Shown: positions 28,566 to 39,589 of the stretch, in pieces | Layout of the letters: each line of letters opens with the position of its first letter | How positions within the stretch are numbered: position 1 is the stretch's first letter | DNA from: Acaryochloridaceae cyanobacterium VAR_48_metabat_390 | GTDB lineage: Bacteria > Cyanobacteriota > Cyanobacteriia > Thermosynechococcales > Thermosynechococcaceae | Direction: 5' to 3' | DNA length: 64,000 bases | NCBI GenBank assembly: GCA_031422435.1 | Contig: JANPLU010000128.1 | Coordinates: 64,001 to 128,000 of the forward strand | Program-made: the position numbers and the translations under genes | Notes under the pieces: generated by a model | What the model was told of the DNA's origin: nothing | Databases searched by the model: none | Seen by the model: only the letters and a program-made list of their open reading frames with translations

Positions 28566-28956
28566 GGATGAGTATTTAGTTAAGGTTTCTTATACTGCTG
28601 ACTTTTTAAGAAGTCTGAAAAGATTAAAAAAGGATCAGCCAAACATAAAACAAGATTTGAACCCAGTAATCGAAGATCTGAGGAATGGACAAGTTCTTCG
28701 TGATAGAATTCCAGGAGTAGGGAAACCTGTCTATAAAGTAAGGGTTAAAAATAGTGACAAAAAATTAGGTAAAAGCTATGGATATCGATTAATTTATTAC
28801 TTAATTGATTCTGGTTTGGTTTCTTTGTTGACTATATACTCAAAAGTAGACACAAAAAACATAAAGCCAAAAGAGATAATTGATTTACTATATGTCAGCT
28901 CAGATGATATTTCTGATTTAATAAATAAACTATATCCTGAAAATATTTCGGAATAG
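28552..28956 (+). CDS. RelE/ParE-superfamily (HigB2-like) toxin
   Basis: FLRSLKRLKK, DRIPG, VYKVRVKNSD..GKSYGYRLIYY and LLTIYSK motifs; true start is possibly GTG 28558. Confidence 0.85.
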   Translation: MNVSKDEYLVKVSYTADFLRSLKRLKKDQPNIKQDLNPVIEDLRNGQVLRDRIPGVGKPVYKVRVKNSDKKLGKSYGYRLIYYLIDSGLVSLLTIYSKVDTKNIKPKEIIDLLYVSSDDISDLINKLYPENISE

Positions 28957-29023
28957 ATTTTTAAACAAACTGTCAAGAATCTCTTGATAAGTTTGGGTTT
29001 CTACTTGTTCGGTGCATCTGTCC

Positions 29024-30907
29024 CTACGAGGGGTGAAAATAATCGTAAATTTGTTGGGCTAAGCGTGGCCCAATAGTGGGAACCTCGGCAATCTGTGCGG
29101 GTAAGGCTTCGCGGATATAGTCGATGGAGCGAAATACGCTCAAGAGCTGCTTTTGCCGATGGTGCCCAAGCCCTGGAATTTCATCCAAACGCGATCGCCG
29201 CATTCTTTCAGTCCGCTGCTGACGGTGAAAGCTGACGGCAAACCGATGGGCTTCGTCTCGCAGCCGTCGTAAAAGCTGGACTCCTGGCTGTTCGGCTTCG
29301 GTTTCTAAAGGGTTAGATTCCCCTGGTAAAAACACTTCTTCTCGCTGTTTGGCAAGGCTAATCACCGTCAGCTCATCCATTAGCCCCATTTCGGTTAGCA
29401 CGCTCACTACGCTTGAAAGCTGGCCTTTGCCGCCGTCAATCATCACCACGTCAGGCCAGTCTTCAGCGCCTGTGCGGGGTTTCTCGGGGTGCAGCCCATA
29501 GTCTCTAAAGCGTCGCCCAATCACCTCGGCAAGGCTGGCAAAGTCATCGGAGTGGCCTGTCTTAATGTTGGGGTTGCGGATTTTGTAGCGGCGATAGTGC
29601 TGCTTGGCGGGCATTCCTTCGACAAACACGACCCTCGATGCCACCGCATCTGAACCTTGAATGTGGGAAATATCGTAGCCTTCAATTCGGCGCGGCACGT
29701 CTGGTAAATCCAGCAAGGCCGATAAGTCTTCCATTGCGCTGAGGTTGCGATCGCGGGTTTTCTGAGCGCGAGCCAGTTCGTACTGGGCGTTGCGCTCTAC
29801 CATTTCAATCAGGTCGGCTTTGGTCTGGCGCTGGGGGCACACGATGGTGACCTTTCGACCTTTGCGATCGCTTAAATACTCTGCCAAAATCTCTGTTTCA
29901 GGCAGATCTTCCTGCACTAAAATTTCAGCAGGGAACTCTACTGGCTCAGCACTGGCGTAGTGGTTCTCTAAGACGCGCTGCAAAATTTGCCCTACAGAGC
30001 CAGACTGGGCATCTGCCACAAACCCTAATCGCCCTACCAGTCGCCCTGCCCGAATTTGGAAGAGCTGTACACACGCATACTCATCATCGCTAGAGAGGGC
30101 GATCGCATCTCTTGACACCGTATCGTCTGGCAATGAAACCTTTTGGTCAGCACCCAGAGTCTTTAGCCCGTTAATCTGATCGCGCAGACGCGCTGCAACC
30201 TCAAAGTTTAAATCCTCAGCGGCCTTCTCCATTTGGGCGGTCAATATCTCAATCAGCTCCCCCGCCCGCCCCTGGAACACCATTGCCACCTTGGTCATAA
30301 TTTTGTGGTAGTCCTCGGTTGAGATCAGCTTTTGACAGACTCCAGGACAGCGACCAATATCGAAGTTAAGACAGGGACGATCTTTAAACAGGGGCTTTGG
30401 GCGCTGCCGCAGTGGAAACACGCGCTTGATGATGCCCAAGGTTTGACGCAGCAAAAACGTATCGACGTAGGGACCGTAATAGCGATCGGCTTTTTTACCA
30501 AGCTGTCGTTTACGGGTAATAAAAATGCGCGGGTATGCCTCAGACCACGTAATGCAGACATAGGGGTACTTTTTGTCGTCTTTGAGCAGCACATTAAAGT
30601 GGGGCTGGTGCTGCTTGATGAGATTTGCTTCTAGGGCAAGGGCTTCGGCCTCTGTATCGGTGACGATAAACTCGATTTCAGCGACCTGCCGCACCATTAG
30701 CTCAATGCGAGGGCTAAGATCCTGCAAATTTCGGAAATATGACCGCACCCTAGACCGCAGCTTTTTTGATTTTCCAATGTATAAAATGTTGTCGCTGGTA
30801 TCCCGCATGAAATAGACCCCCGGCTCAGGCGGAATTTCTTTGAGGCGATATTCGAGACGTTCTGGATCTTTGAGCAGCGCTTTGGGGTTTGACGTTTCGA
30901 TCACCAT
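29024..30907 (-). CDS. uvrC: Excinuclease ABC subunit C
   Basis: GIY-YIG (PGVY..LYIGKS), UVR domain, [24 protein letters not shown] and HhH motifs. Confidence 0.98.
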   Translation of the reverse strand: MVIETSNPKALLKDPERLEYRLKEIPPEPGVYFMRDTSDNILYIGKSKKLRSRVRSYFRNLQDLSPRIELMVRQVAEIEFIVTDTEAEALALEANLIKQHQPHFNVLLKDDKKYPYVCITWSEAYPRIFITRKRQLGKKADRYYGPYVDTFLLRQTLGIIKRVFPLRQRPKPLFKDRPCLNFDIGRCPGVCQKLISTEDYHKIMTKVAMVFQGRAGELIEILTAQMEKAAEDLNFEVAARLRDQINGLKTLGADQKVSLPDDTVSRDAIALSSDDEYACVQLFQIRAGRLVGRLGFVADAQSGSVGQILQRVLENHYASAEPVEFPAEILVQEDLPETEILAEYLSDRKGRKVTIVCPQRQTKADLIEMVERNAQYELARAQKTRDRNLSAMEDLSALLDLPDVPRRIEGYDISHIQGSDAVASRVVFVEGMPAKQHYRRYKIRNPNIKTGHSDDFASLAEVIGRRFRDYGLHPEKPRTGAEDWPDVVMIDGGKGQLSSVVSVLTEMGLMDELTVISLAKQREEVFLPGESNPLETEAEQPGVQLLRRLRDEAHRFAVSFHRQQRTERMRRSRLDEIPGLGHHRQKQLLSVFRSIDYIREALPAQIAEVPTIGPRLAQQIYDYFHPS

Positions 30908-31014
30908 GTAACGTTGTGGGCATAATAAGTGAGCAGATCACTATTACGTATTGTAATGTTTGTCTGTGAAGGGTTAGAGCCTGTCTTCATAGGCAAACAC
31001 AATTACAAACATTT

Positions 31015-32067
31015 ATGCTCCTTAGAACGTTACTTCAACTCTCGTTGACGTCTCCAGACGTTATGCTGCCTGATTGTTTACGTCAGCAGTTAAAGGTTGC
31101 TTCTATTCAGGACTGGAAAGATGTACTGACCGACCTGGAATTACACCGCCTAATGCCGTTGGTTTATTATGGCGTTCAGGTTCATGACCTAACGGACAGT
31201 ATTCCCAAGTTTGGGTTAAAAAAGCTATTGCAGGCGTACCTTTTTTCTTTAGGGCGTAATGAGATTTTCTTTAAGACCTTGGCGACTGTTTTGGAAGAGA
31301 CTTATGCGGCAGGTGTGCAGCCAGTTCTATGGAAAGGGATTGTGCTTGCCGACCAGCTTTACCCGAACCGAGCCATTCGTATGATGGGTGACATTGATTG
31401 GGCGATCGCTCCCCATGAATTAGAAATAGTTAGCCAAGTGTTTAATCGGCTCGGCTTTACGCTTCAAGATCAGATGACCACATCAGATGCCGTCTATTTC
31501 ATGGGCAAAAATCGCGTTGTGTTTGATGTGCATCATCGTGTGCGCCTCTTTGAAACAAAAGAGCATCTGTCGCTAACACAAACGCTGACTCCATTGACCG
31601 CAAGACTCCCACAAATTCACGTATTAGAACCAACTGCTATGCTGACGCACCTGACCGTTCATATGACGGGGCATAAGGCAGAAACAGGACCGCTGCTCTT
31701 TTGGATTATGGATTTTGTGTTTTTATTGCGTAAATGGGGACATCTCATCGATTGGAATCTCTTAAATCAGCTGATGCCAGATGCAGAGAGTTGGGATTTT
31801 CTAGGACGACTGCTGCGCTTTCTAGAAGTTGAACTAAACGAAACGCTACCGCCCGATTTGGCAAAGTTTTCTCAAGAATATAAGCCTCTGACCTTGGAGT
31901 TAATTACGCGTCAGTGTCGGTTAGCGGTATGGGGATTGCCATTGCCGAAAGGATGGCTCAAGCTAATTGCCTATCGTTTGGGGCTGAAGTCTTCTCGAAA
32001 ACTAAAATACCCGCAAATAAGTGATTTGTTTATGTGGGCTGTAGATGCTGCTTCGCTAAACTCTTAA
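31015..32067 (+). CDS. Uncharacterised nucleotidyltransferase (NTP_transf_5-like)
   Basis: LWKG..YP..RMMGDID, DVH and HLTVH..H..WIMD motifs. Confidence 0.82.
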   Translation: MLLRTLLQLSLTSPDVMLPDCLRQQLKVASIQDWKDVLTDLELHRLMPLVYYGVQVHDLTDSIPKFGLKKLLQAYLFSLGRNEIFFKTLATVLEETYAAGVQPVLWKGIVLADQLYPNRAIRMMGDIDWAIAPHELEIVSQVFNRLGFTLQDQMTTSDAVYFMGKNRVVFDVHHRVRLFETKEHLSLTQTLTPLTARLPQIHVLEPTAMLTHLTVHMTGHKAETGPLLFWIMDFVFLLRKWGHLIDWNLLNQLMPDAESWDFLGRLLRFLEVELNETLPPDLAKFSQEYKPLTLELITRQCRLAVWGLPLPKGWLKLIAYRLGLKSSRKLKYPQISDLFMWAVDAASLNS

Positions 32068-32075
32068 AAATTCAT

Positions 32076-33260
32076 ATGAAAAAGCGTTTACTATTTATAC
32101 AGTTTGCTGGCGATTACCGTGAAGCCGTAAAGTGTTTTTCTGAAGGTGGAAACGAAACCTATTATGCGCAAAAATATTCTGTCAATGTCGTGGCTGAGGC
32201 TGGCAAAGTAGTAGATGAGGTTGCAACACTTTGCTGCATGACTGAAGAATATTATGATGAAGTGCTTGAGAATGGCGTTCGATCAATCGGTGCTGGCTTT
32301 AAGGATAAAATTCATACCCCTCGCCTTATTCAGTTAATTGAAAAATATCAGCCTACCCATGTTGTAATTCGGGCACCCCTCAGAGGAGTAATCCGTTGGT
32401 CTATTCGGCACAAGCTTAAGATATTGCTAACGCTGGCAGATTCTTTTGGCCTGCCTCAACTCAAAATGATGTTTCAAAACTACCAGCTGAGCCAACTTTT
32501 GAATCATAAACAGGTTGACTGGGTGGGGAATCATGGCATAACAGCGTCTAAGTCCTTAGAAAAAATAGGAGTTGATGCTAGAAAAATTATTCCTTGGGAC
32601 TGGCCTCACCCTGTTTCACCTCGCTTTTTTCCTGTTAAGAATTTGCTACTTAGTCCAAATCTTTGGACGTTAGTTTATGTAGGAGGGATTCAATTTAATA
32701 AGGGTTTTGAAGATATATTGACGGCAATTTCGATGTTGACGCATAGAGGATTTCCCGTCCATCTCAAAGCAGCAGGGGTAGGGGATGTAGAACTATTTGT
32801 TAGAAAAAGTCACGATCTGAATATATCAAATCGCGTAAGCTTTCTAGGCTCAGTTCCCAATGGTGAGATAATTTCTTTGATGAGGGATTCAGACTTGGTT
32901 TTAGTTCCAAGCCGTCATGAATATCCAGAAGGGTTTCCGATGACTATATATGAGGCACTTTGCTCTCGTACACCGCTGGTGGTCTCAGACCATCCGATGT
33001 TTTTAGATACCTTAATTCATGAAGTAAATGCGTTGATTTTTCCGGCAGGAAATGCGATCGCCTTCTCTCAAAATATTGAAAATTTACTGTCTTCGCCTGA
33101 GCTTTACACCCGCCTTTCAATTGCTTCTGGTGAAACCTGGGAGAGGCTTCAGCTCAAAGCGAAGTGGGGTGACGTTGTTCATCACTGGCTGGGTAACACC
33201 GATGCAGATCGGCAGTGGCTTCGGTCATGTAGTTTAGCTTCTCAGCGCGAGGCTCCATAA
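32076..33260 (+). CDS. GT-B glycosyltransferase (family 4)
   Basis: YVG..KG and VPSRHEYPEGFPMTIYEA (ExxxxxxxE) motifs; start set at ATG 32076. Confidence 0.9.
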   Translation: MKKRLLFIQFAGDYREAVKCFSEGGNETYYAQKYSVNVVAEAGKVVDEVATLCCMTEEYYDEVLENGVRSIGAGFKDKIHTPRLIQLIEKYQPTHVVIRAPLRGVIRWSIRHKLKILLTLADSFGLPQLKMMFQNYQLSQLLNHKQVDWVGNHGITASKSLEKIGVDARKIIPWDWPHPVSPRFFPVKNLLLSPNLWTLVYVGGIQFNKGFEDILTAISMLTHRGFPVHLKAAGVGDVELFVRKSHDLNISNRVSFLGSVPNGEIISLMRDSDLVLVPSRHEYPEGFPMTIYEALCSRTPLVVSDHPMFLDTLIHEVNALIFPAGNAIAFSQNIENLLSSPELYTRLSIASGETWERLQLKAKWGDVVHHWLGNTDADRQWLRSCSLASQREAP

Positions 33261-33266
33261 AGACGC

Positions 33267-33695
33267 TTACTGAGCGTCTACGGCTAGGGCTACGCGATCG
33301 CCCCCAATGGCGCGGATCTGCCCCAAGATCTTTGCTAGTTTGTCATAGGTTAAGGTTTTGTCTGCCTGCAATACGACAACACCCTCAGGGGACTTCTGAA
33401 AATACTCCTGAAGCTCAGTATCTAATTGAGCAGGTTCTACGGGCTTATTCTTAATCATGATTTGCCCCTGCATATTCATCCCCACCATTAAAGGTTCCGG
33501 CGCTTTATCATCTTGGGCTGATGGTTTTGCACCACTATCCGTTCTGGGCAAATTGACCCCAATCACGTTTTGCCCTGTTGAGAGGGTCATGGAGATAATG
33601 ATGAAAAATGTTAGAACCACCATCAATACATCCATCATTGGAATGAGATTGACCTCTGTCATTGGCGCTTGATGATTTTGACGGCTATAGCCCAC
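33267..33695 (-). CDS. exbD: Biopolymer transport protein ExbD/TolR
   Basis: EVNLIPMMDVLMVVLTFFII; LQADK..Y. Confidence 0.93.
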   Translation of the reverse strand: MGYSRQNHQAPMTEVNLIPMMDVLMVVLTFFIIISMTLSTGQNVIGVNLPRTDSGAKPSAQDDKAPEPLMVGMNMQGQIMIKNKPVEPAQLDTELQEYFQKSPEGVVVLQADKTLTYDKLAKILGQIRAIGGDRVALAVDAQ

Positions 33696-33738
33696 GGTAA
33701 ACCTCAGTAGTGAATAAATAATCGGGTTTCCACTCTAA

Positions 33739-34464
33739 CTAATGAATGTCTACTAAGGAAGGTTTCTCTGGTCTATGTGCAGAAGATGGGTGAATTACAG
33801 CAGAAGATGGTCCGCCATTAAACGATTTAAGTTCGCACCAAACTTGACGATAGATGAGTTCTAGCTCGTTGCCAACTTCTGTAAAGTAGTCGACTTGCTG
33901 AGCCTGAAGCGAAATAAAAATTCTCAAAAACAACAGCGCAAGGATCGCGACAATCATCCCCGTGGCTGTGGCAATCAAGGCTTCGCCAATCCCAGCCGCG
34001 GCTTTGGAGGCAGACTCTGAGGATGCACCTCCCCCAGCTCCAATTTGGAGGCTACCAAAGGTTGTAATAAGACCTGTCACAGTTCCTAGTAAACCTAGCA
34101 ATGGCGAAAGCGCAACGACGGTCTCAAAAAGTTTGTCGCCCTTTCGCATCCTCACAAATTCTTTATCTGCGGATGCCTCTAACGCCAAGTGAAAGGTTTC
34201 TGGCGTTGGCTGATTTAGTCGCAGTGGAGCCAGTAAGAACCGCCCAATGGGTGAAGCTTTAGCGTATCCCGCAATGGTTGCAGCTTCGTCCAAATCTTTA
34301 TGAGCAGCCTGCAAAACATCATGGACAAGTTGTTTTTCATGACTCAGCAAGCGTATCCAAAACCAGGCTCTCTCCAGAGCAAAAGTCAAGGTTGCTACCG
34401 ATAAGCTAAGGAGAGGAACCATAACTGGTCCTCCTTCTGCCACTAAATCTAGAATTTTGGACAT
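33739..34464 (-). CDS. exbB: MotA/TolQ/ExbB proton channel
   Basis: SPLLGLLGTVTGL and GIGEALIATATG motifs. Confidence 0.93.
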   Translation of the reverse strand: MSKILDLVAEGGPVMVPLLSLSVATLTFALERAWFWIRLLSHEKQLVHDVLQAAHKDLDEAATIAGYAKASPIGRFLLAPLRLNQPTPETFHLALEASADKEFVRMRKGDKLFETVVALSPLLGLLGTVTGLITTFGSLQIGAGGGASSESASKAAAGIGEALIATATGMIVAILALLFLRIFISLQAQQVDYFTEVGNELELIYRQVWCELKSFNGGPSSAVIHPSSAHRPEKPSLVDIH

Positions 34465-34852
34465 ATACTCCCAGGCGACTGCTGAAATAAAGGAATTGCC
34501 AATTTTAAAAGCTCTTTAGTTTTAAGCTAGCGGACGGATGCACGGCAATGGGTTAAGAAAAATTTATAAAAAGGTTAAAAATCAATAATTGTTTAGAAAA
34601 CTTTTAGTGAAAATAGCTTGAATCCGCTGTGGACTGCCTAAGCTTGAAAAGTCTTAAGGATATTTCTACTGTTCGTTGATTGCTGAATTGCCCTTATCTT
34701 TCAGGTTTAGCTTTGCAAAACGGTCATAGTGGCATAGTAAAGTTTAACAGCGCAAGTGTAGTAGTAGAGAGACGCTACGGTGATACGCTCTAGTAAGAGC
34801 TGTGTTTATCATTCTAAGATCTTGTTGTTAAGACAGGGAGGGAGTTTAGGAT

Positions 34853-35281
34853 ATGAAGTCCTTTGTTCAACGTAGTGGTTTTTTAAGTGTTGTGCTGGTG
34901 GGTTTTCTGGGCATTCTGAGCTGGTTTGGCCCTGTTAACGCAGCAATTCTCAAGGTTGTGCCGCATTCGATGACGTTTGCTGTAGAAGCGGTTAGTAATG
35001 CGGCAGATTCTAAACTAGGCAGTGAATATGGTCAAAAAATAGACTTGAATAATGCCAATATTACCGCCTTTGCCCAGTATCAGGGGCTATACCCGACCCT
35101 AGCGCGTCTTGTGATTAAAAATGCACCGTACGATTCAGTAGAAGATGTTTTAGACATTGAAGGGCTGTCAGATCGTCCAAAAACGACTCTAGAAGCAAAC
35201 TTCGATCACTTTACCGTCACCTCTGTTGAAACGGCGCTGGTGAGCGGTGATGACCGCTACAACAACGGTGTTTACAGATAG
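34853..35281 (+). CDS. psbU: Photosystem II 12 kDa extrinsic protein
   Basis: KIDLNN, GLYPTLA, NAPY..VEDVL and DRYNNGVY motifs. Confidence 0.96.
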   Translation: MKSFVQRSGFLSVVLVGFLGILSWFGPVNAAILKVVPHSMTFAVEAVSNAADSKLGSEYGQKIDLNNANITAFAQYQGLYPTLARLVIKNAPYDSVEDVLDIEGLSDRPKTTLEANFDHFTVTSVETALVSGDDRYNNGVYR

Positions 35282-35303
35282 CTTCTGGGTCTAGCTAGAG
35301 GTC

Positions 35304-35346
35304 AAATTGAATGGCAGCCGTGCACAGCGCGGCTGCCATTCAATTT
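35304..35346 (+). terminator. Hairpin after psbU
   Basis: AAATTGAATGGCAGCCG...CGGCTGCCATTCAATTT (17-bp perfect arms). Confidence 0.8.
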
Positions 35347-35370
35347 ATGTGTTCTCTTTTTTAAATAAGG

Positions 35371-37155
35371 TTGGACTGCGCTAAGATACTTTCCAACCCA
35401 TCGGAGTTTGACGGGACTTTGCAACCCTCTCTACCTGATCCTAAAGCGAGTTGTTTTGATGTGCTCATTGTGGGTGGAGGTGCGGCTGGGCTGTATGCTG
35501 CACTGTCGATCCATCAAAGTTTGAGCGTTGGTTTAGTCAGTAAAGAAGCATTATCGTTGTCCGCGAGTGGCTGGGCGCAGGGGGGTATTGCGGCGGCAAT
35601 AGACTCTAATGATTCCCCTGAGCTTCATGCTCAAGATACGCTGGTAGCGGGTGCGGGGCTATGTGAGCCTGCGGCGGTTCAGTTTTTGGTAGAGCAGGCT
35701 CCAGCTCAGGTGAAGGTTTTGCTCGAGATGGGCATTGCTTTTGATCGCAGCGCAGACGGTCTGGCTTTTACGTTAGAGGCGGCGCACTCTCGACCACGGG
35801 TGCTGCACTCGGCCGATACAACTGGGAAAGCCCTGATTCAGACGCTTACTCATCAAGTCTTTCGGCGCGCGAATATCAAGATTTTTTCTGGTGCGTTTAC
35901 GTTGAGCCTTTGGACAGATCCGGAAACTCAGATCTGTCAGGGTATTTGCGTGATGACGGTAGAGGGTGTGATTTGGCTGAGGGCACCGAGGGTTATTCTA
36001 GCGACGGGGGGGGGCGGTCAGGTCTATGCACAGACGACAAATCCGGCATTAAGTACGGGAGATGGGGCGGCGATCGCCTGGCGTTCTGGCGCAGTCCTCC
36101 GTGATCTAGAGTTTTTCCAGTTTCACCCCACGGCGCTAACGGTGGAGGGCGCACCTCGATTTTTGATTTCTGAAGCGGTGCGAGGCGAAGGCGCTCACCT
36201 GATCGATGCCAATCAGCACCGCTTTATGTTTGACTACCATCCTCTGGGAGAACTGGCACCACGGGATGTGGTGAGTCGATCTATTTTTATGCACCTGCAA
36301 AAAATGGGCAAAACCTTAGAAGGTGCCGTGCCAGAAAATGTTTGGCTGGATCTGCGGTCAATTGAACCCGAGCAGGTACAGCGCCGCTTCCCTAAAATTA
36401 TTCAGGTTTGTAAAAAGTGGGGCATTGATGTGTTTTCGCAGCCGATTCCGGTTGCGCCTGCTGCCCATTATTGGATGGGCGGCATTGTGACGAGGCTGGA
36501 TGGTCAGACTACGATTCCTGGACTGTATGCCGTTGGTGAGGTGGCGAGTACAGGGGTGCATGGTGCTAATCGGCTCGCCAGCAACTCGCTTCTAGAATGT
36601 TTGGTTTTTGGAGCGCAGTTTGGGGGGGCGCTAGAACCGCTGCCACTTCTCGATGGGGCAGATGCAGCAGATCCTGTCTCTCTCGTAGAGAGACAAGAAT
36701 GGGTTCAAATAGATTGGTGTGCCGATGCAGAAATGATTGACCAAATCCATCAGGCGATTCCGGCGTTGATGTGGAGCCATGCGGGAATTTGCCGAGAAGC
36801 TTCTCGGTTAGAGGCGGCGATCGCCCAGGTCAGCCACTGGCGACAGCAGCTTCACGGACTAAAGCTCACTCAACTTCTCACAAATTTGCGTCCTGGCGTT
36901 TCTTTGCCGCTACCAGACCCTGTATCTCGCAAACGAATTCGGCGCTGGGCTGAAACCCAAAATTTACTCGATAATGCTGATTTAATCTTAAAAAGCGCTT
37001 TATTTCGGACTGAAAGCCGAGGAGGGCACTATCGCATTGATTTTCCTGCTACTGATGCGTCTTGGCAGTTACATACTCAGGTCAAGGGCGATGCATGGAT
37101 GCAATCGCGCCCCGTTGAGGCTGCTTCAGACTTTGGGGATAAGGCGGTGCTGTGA
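35371..37155 (+). CDS. nadB: L-aspartate oxidase
   Basis: GGGAAG, AQGGIAA, LEAAHS, QFHPT, HGANRLASNSLLE and ESRGGH motifs; exact start uncertain. Confidence 0.96.
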   Translation: MDCAKILSNPSEFDGTLQPSLPDPKASCFDVLIVGGGAAGLYAALSIHQSLSVGLVSKEALSLSASGWAQGGIAAAIDSNDSPELHAQDTLVAGAGLCEPAAVQFLVEQAPAQVKVLLEMGIAFDRSADGLAFTLEAAHSRPRVLHSADTTGKALIQTLTHQVFRRANIKIFSGAFTLSLWTDPETQICQGICVMTVEGVIWLRAPRVILATGGGGQVYAQTTNPALSTGDGAAIAWRSGAVLRDLEFFQFHPTALTVEGAPRFLISEAVRGEGAHLIDANQHRFMFDYHPLGELAPRDVVSRSIFMHLQKMGKTLEGAVPENVWLDLRSIEPEQVQRRFPKIIQVCKKWGIDVFSQPIPVAPAAHYWMGGIVTRLDGQTTIPGLYAVGEVASTGVHGANRLASNSLLECLVFGAQFGGALEPLPLLDGADAADPVSLVERQEWVQIDWCADAEMIDQIHQAIPALMWSHAGICREASRLEAAIAQVSHWRQQLHGLKLTQLLTNLRPGVSLPLPDPVSRKRIRRWAETQNLLDNADLILKSALFRTESRGGHYRIDFPATDASWQLHTQVKGDAWMQSRPVEAASDFGDKAVL

Positions 37156-37242
37156 GACAATCACCACAAAGTAGATCCGTTATCTCTAGCCCAACGCACT
37201 AAATGTTTTGAGCGTGGGATTTGATCCTTTCCTTGGCTATTC

Positions 37243-38541
37243 ATGAACATTACGCTTCAGCTTTTAATCATTGTTTTTCTACTGCTGGTGAATGCCTTTT
37301 TTGCCGCAGCCGAAATCTCGGTGGTAACGGCAAACGAAACCCGACTGCGGACTTTGGCAGAGCAAGGCGATCGCCGCGCCCGCCTGGTTGAAAGAATCAC
37401 CCGTGACAGCACTCAGTTTTTAGCCACCATTCAGGTGGGCATTACCCTTTCTAGCTTTTTTACCTCTGCCACTGCGGCTTCTCAGCTTGCAACCCCCTTG
37501 ATAGGTTTACTAGAGCCATTTATGGGCGAAGCCGCCAGCTCTACCAGCCTTATTTTGGTGACGATTGGCATTGCTTTTGTGAGCCTCATCTTTGGGGAGC
37601 TGGTGCCTAAGCGGCTAGCACTCAAACATGCCGAGGCGATCGCCCTTGTGACGGTAGAGCCAATTTCTTGGCTCCAGCGGCTCACGTCTCCGGCGGTTAA
37701 GTTTTTGAGCTTTGTGACGACTTTAGTCTTAAAGCTCTTGGGCAGCCCCCCAGGGGAAGAAGATGCTGCTATCAACGTTGAAGAGATTAAGGCTCTGGTA
37801 AACGCGGCGCGGCTAGGTGGCACGGTTGGTATGCAGGAACAGCGCATTATCTATGGCGCAGTGGAGCTAAGCAACCTCACGGTGCGCGCCATTATGGTGC
37901 CCCGCGTGAATTTGCAGTACATCAAAACCTCCGCCACCATCGAAGAAGCCTATCGAATGGCAGCGGAAACGGCTCATACGCGTCTGCCAGTCTGCGAAGA
38001 GGACTTAGACCATATTGTGGGCGTACTGCACGCCAAAGACCTGATTCGTGCCCAGTCCTCTGAAGATAAAACGCCCGTCACAATTCGAGAGCTGATGCGT
38101 CCGGTGCGGTTTGTGCCAGAATCGAAGCCTGTGGCTGACCTGCTGCGAGAAATGCAGCAAAGCCGTCTGCATTTGGTGATTGTGACCGATGAGTTTGGCG
38201 GGACGGCAGGGCTTGTGACTCTAGAGGATGTGCTCGAAGAAATTGTGGGTGAAATCCGCGATGAGTATGATGCCGAAGAGGAGCGCGAGTTTCATCGAGT
38301 GGATGAATTTAGCGGCATTTTTAAGATCCGTGCCAGTCTTTCGGTGGTCAATAATGAGATGCATGTGCGTCTACCGCGAGAGGATGCGGCTACCATTGCA
38401 GGGCTATTTATGGAAGAGCTAGAGCAGGTGCCAGAACCGGGCGATCGCCTGGAGATAGGCGATGTGGTGCTAACAGTTTTAGAAGATGGACAGCGCGTGC
38501 AGGTGACGCTGATGCCGTCTCAAAATGAAGAAGGAGATTGA
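37243..38541 (+). CDS. Hemolysin/CNNM-family CBS-domain transporter (TlyC/CorB-like)
   Basis: FFAAAE, GELVPK, IMVPR, HTRLPV and DEFGGTAGLVTLEDVLEEIVGEI motifs. Confidence 0.93.
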   Translation: MNITLQLLIIVFLLLVNAFFAAAEISVVTANETRLRTLAEQGDRRARLVERITRDSTQFLATIQVGITLSSFFTSATAASQLATPLIGLLEPFMGEAASSTSLILVTIGIAFVSLIFGELVPKRLALKHAEAIALVTVEPISWLQRLTSPAVKFLSFVTTLVLKLLGSPPGEEDAAINVEEIKALVNAARLGGTVGMQEQRIIYGAVELSNLTVRAIMVPRVNLQYIKTSATIEEAYRMAAETAHTRLPVCEEDLDHIVGVLHAKDLIRAQSSEDKTPVTIRELMRPVRFVPESKPVADLLREMQQSRLHLVIVTDEFGGTAGLVTLEDVLEEIVGEIRDEYDAEEEREFHRVDEFSGIFKIRASLSVVNNEMHVRLPREDAATIAGLFMEELEQVPEPGDRLEIGDVVLTVLEDGQRVQVTLMPSQNEEGD

Positions 38542-38702
38542 ATTTGAACGGGGATCTAGCTTTCAGTGACTTATATGCTTTTTCGTGCTGCTGTTCTGGT
38601 CAAATTTTTATGTTTTAATCGCGAATTCAGAGGTGATTTTCTACACTAAGTTTATTAAGACAAAATCTCTAGATTGAAAGCGTCTGAACCAGCAGGAGTT
38701 GA

Positions 38703-39317
38703 CTATTGGGTGAAGCTAGGGTTAGGAGAGATTGTCTTAGGCTGAGGTGTTAAGACCGTAGAAGAGGGCCTCACAGAAATGTCCTCTTCTACGGGCGCTG
38801 TCTCTAGAAAATTGGTCATGTCTACATAAAGTGAGCTGCTACTCCGCGTCAATGGGCCACCCGCACGATTACGCGCATTTAATAAGTCCTTCAAAACCTC
38901 TTGCGGATTATCCTTTGGCTCAAGGGTTAACAGTAGACCCTGGCAAGCACCGCCATATTCGTCGCTAACGCAGATGACGTTTTGAGCATTCATTTGACCA
39001 GCCGTGAGGTAAGCAAGGGCGCCTTCACTGTAGTATTTTTGGAATCGACGTGATACTTCTTCACAACGCTTAAGCGGCGTGTAGGAACTAGACTTACTAA
39101 AGTGAGTTGATTGCCATCGAATGACAGGGATGTTTCCTCGTTTTGTACGAGCAAACGTTGTCGGAACCTTTTGAGCTGTTCCTGAAATTTGGCTCTGCCC
39201 ACAGGAAAAACGCGTCGTTGGTTTCTCTTCCGCAAAACTAACGCGACCTAAAGAAATGGTTAGCAAAGAACTCATAATCACCATTCTCAGAACGGCTTTG
39301 AGCTGAGGTATTATCAT
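38703..39317 (-). CDS. COP23-domain exported protein
   Basis: Signal peptide; FSC..PTT..VIRW..TPLKRCEEVSRRFQ..VIC..C..LLLTL pattern. Confidence 0.85.
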   Translation of the reverse strand: MIIPQLKAVLRMVIMSSLLTISLGRVSFAEEKPTTRFSCGQSQISGTAQKVPTTFARTKRGNIPVIRWQSTHFSKSSSYTPLKRCEEVSRRFQKYYSEGALAYLTAGQMNAQNVICVSDEYGGACQGLLLTLEPKDNPQEVLKDLLNARNRAGGPLTRSSSSLYVDMTNFLETAPVEEDISVRPSSTVLTPQPKTISPNPSFTQ

Positions 39318-39589
39318 GGCAGTTAAAGCGTTATAAAGTAGAATTTATATCACGATTATAAACTGTCAATAACGCATTGAATATGCTCTGGCTTCTGCTT
39401 AAGATTATGAATTAAATAACCCACTCCTTTGACTGAGATGTATAGAGGTTCTGGGGAGAGGTTCAATATTTTTAATCAAATTTGGCTGGTGCTTAGCGGT
39501 TTTCAGCGCTATTTAGGCATTTTCTGGTAAGCTGTGTTCAGAAAATCATAAAGTAATACTTCAAAATTTAACAAGCGTTTTGTATACCC

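Noticed and set aside
34560..34600. Fur box upstream of exbB (also AAATTCTCAATAA at 58858-58870)
   Set aside because: Only half-site similarity within AT-rich DNA; the second lies between convergent RNA genes
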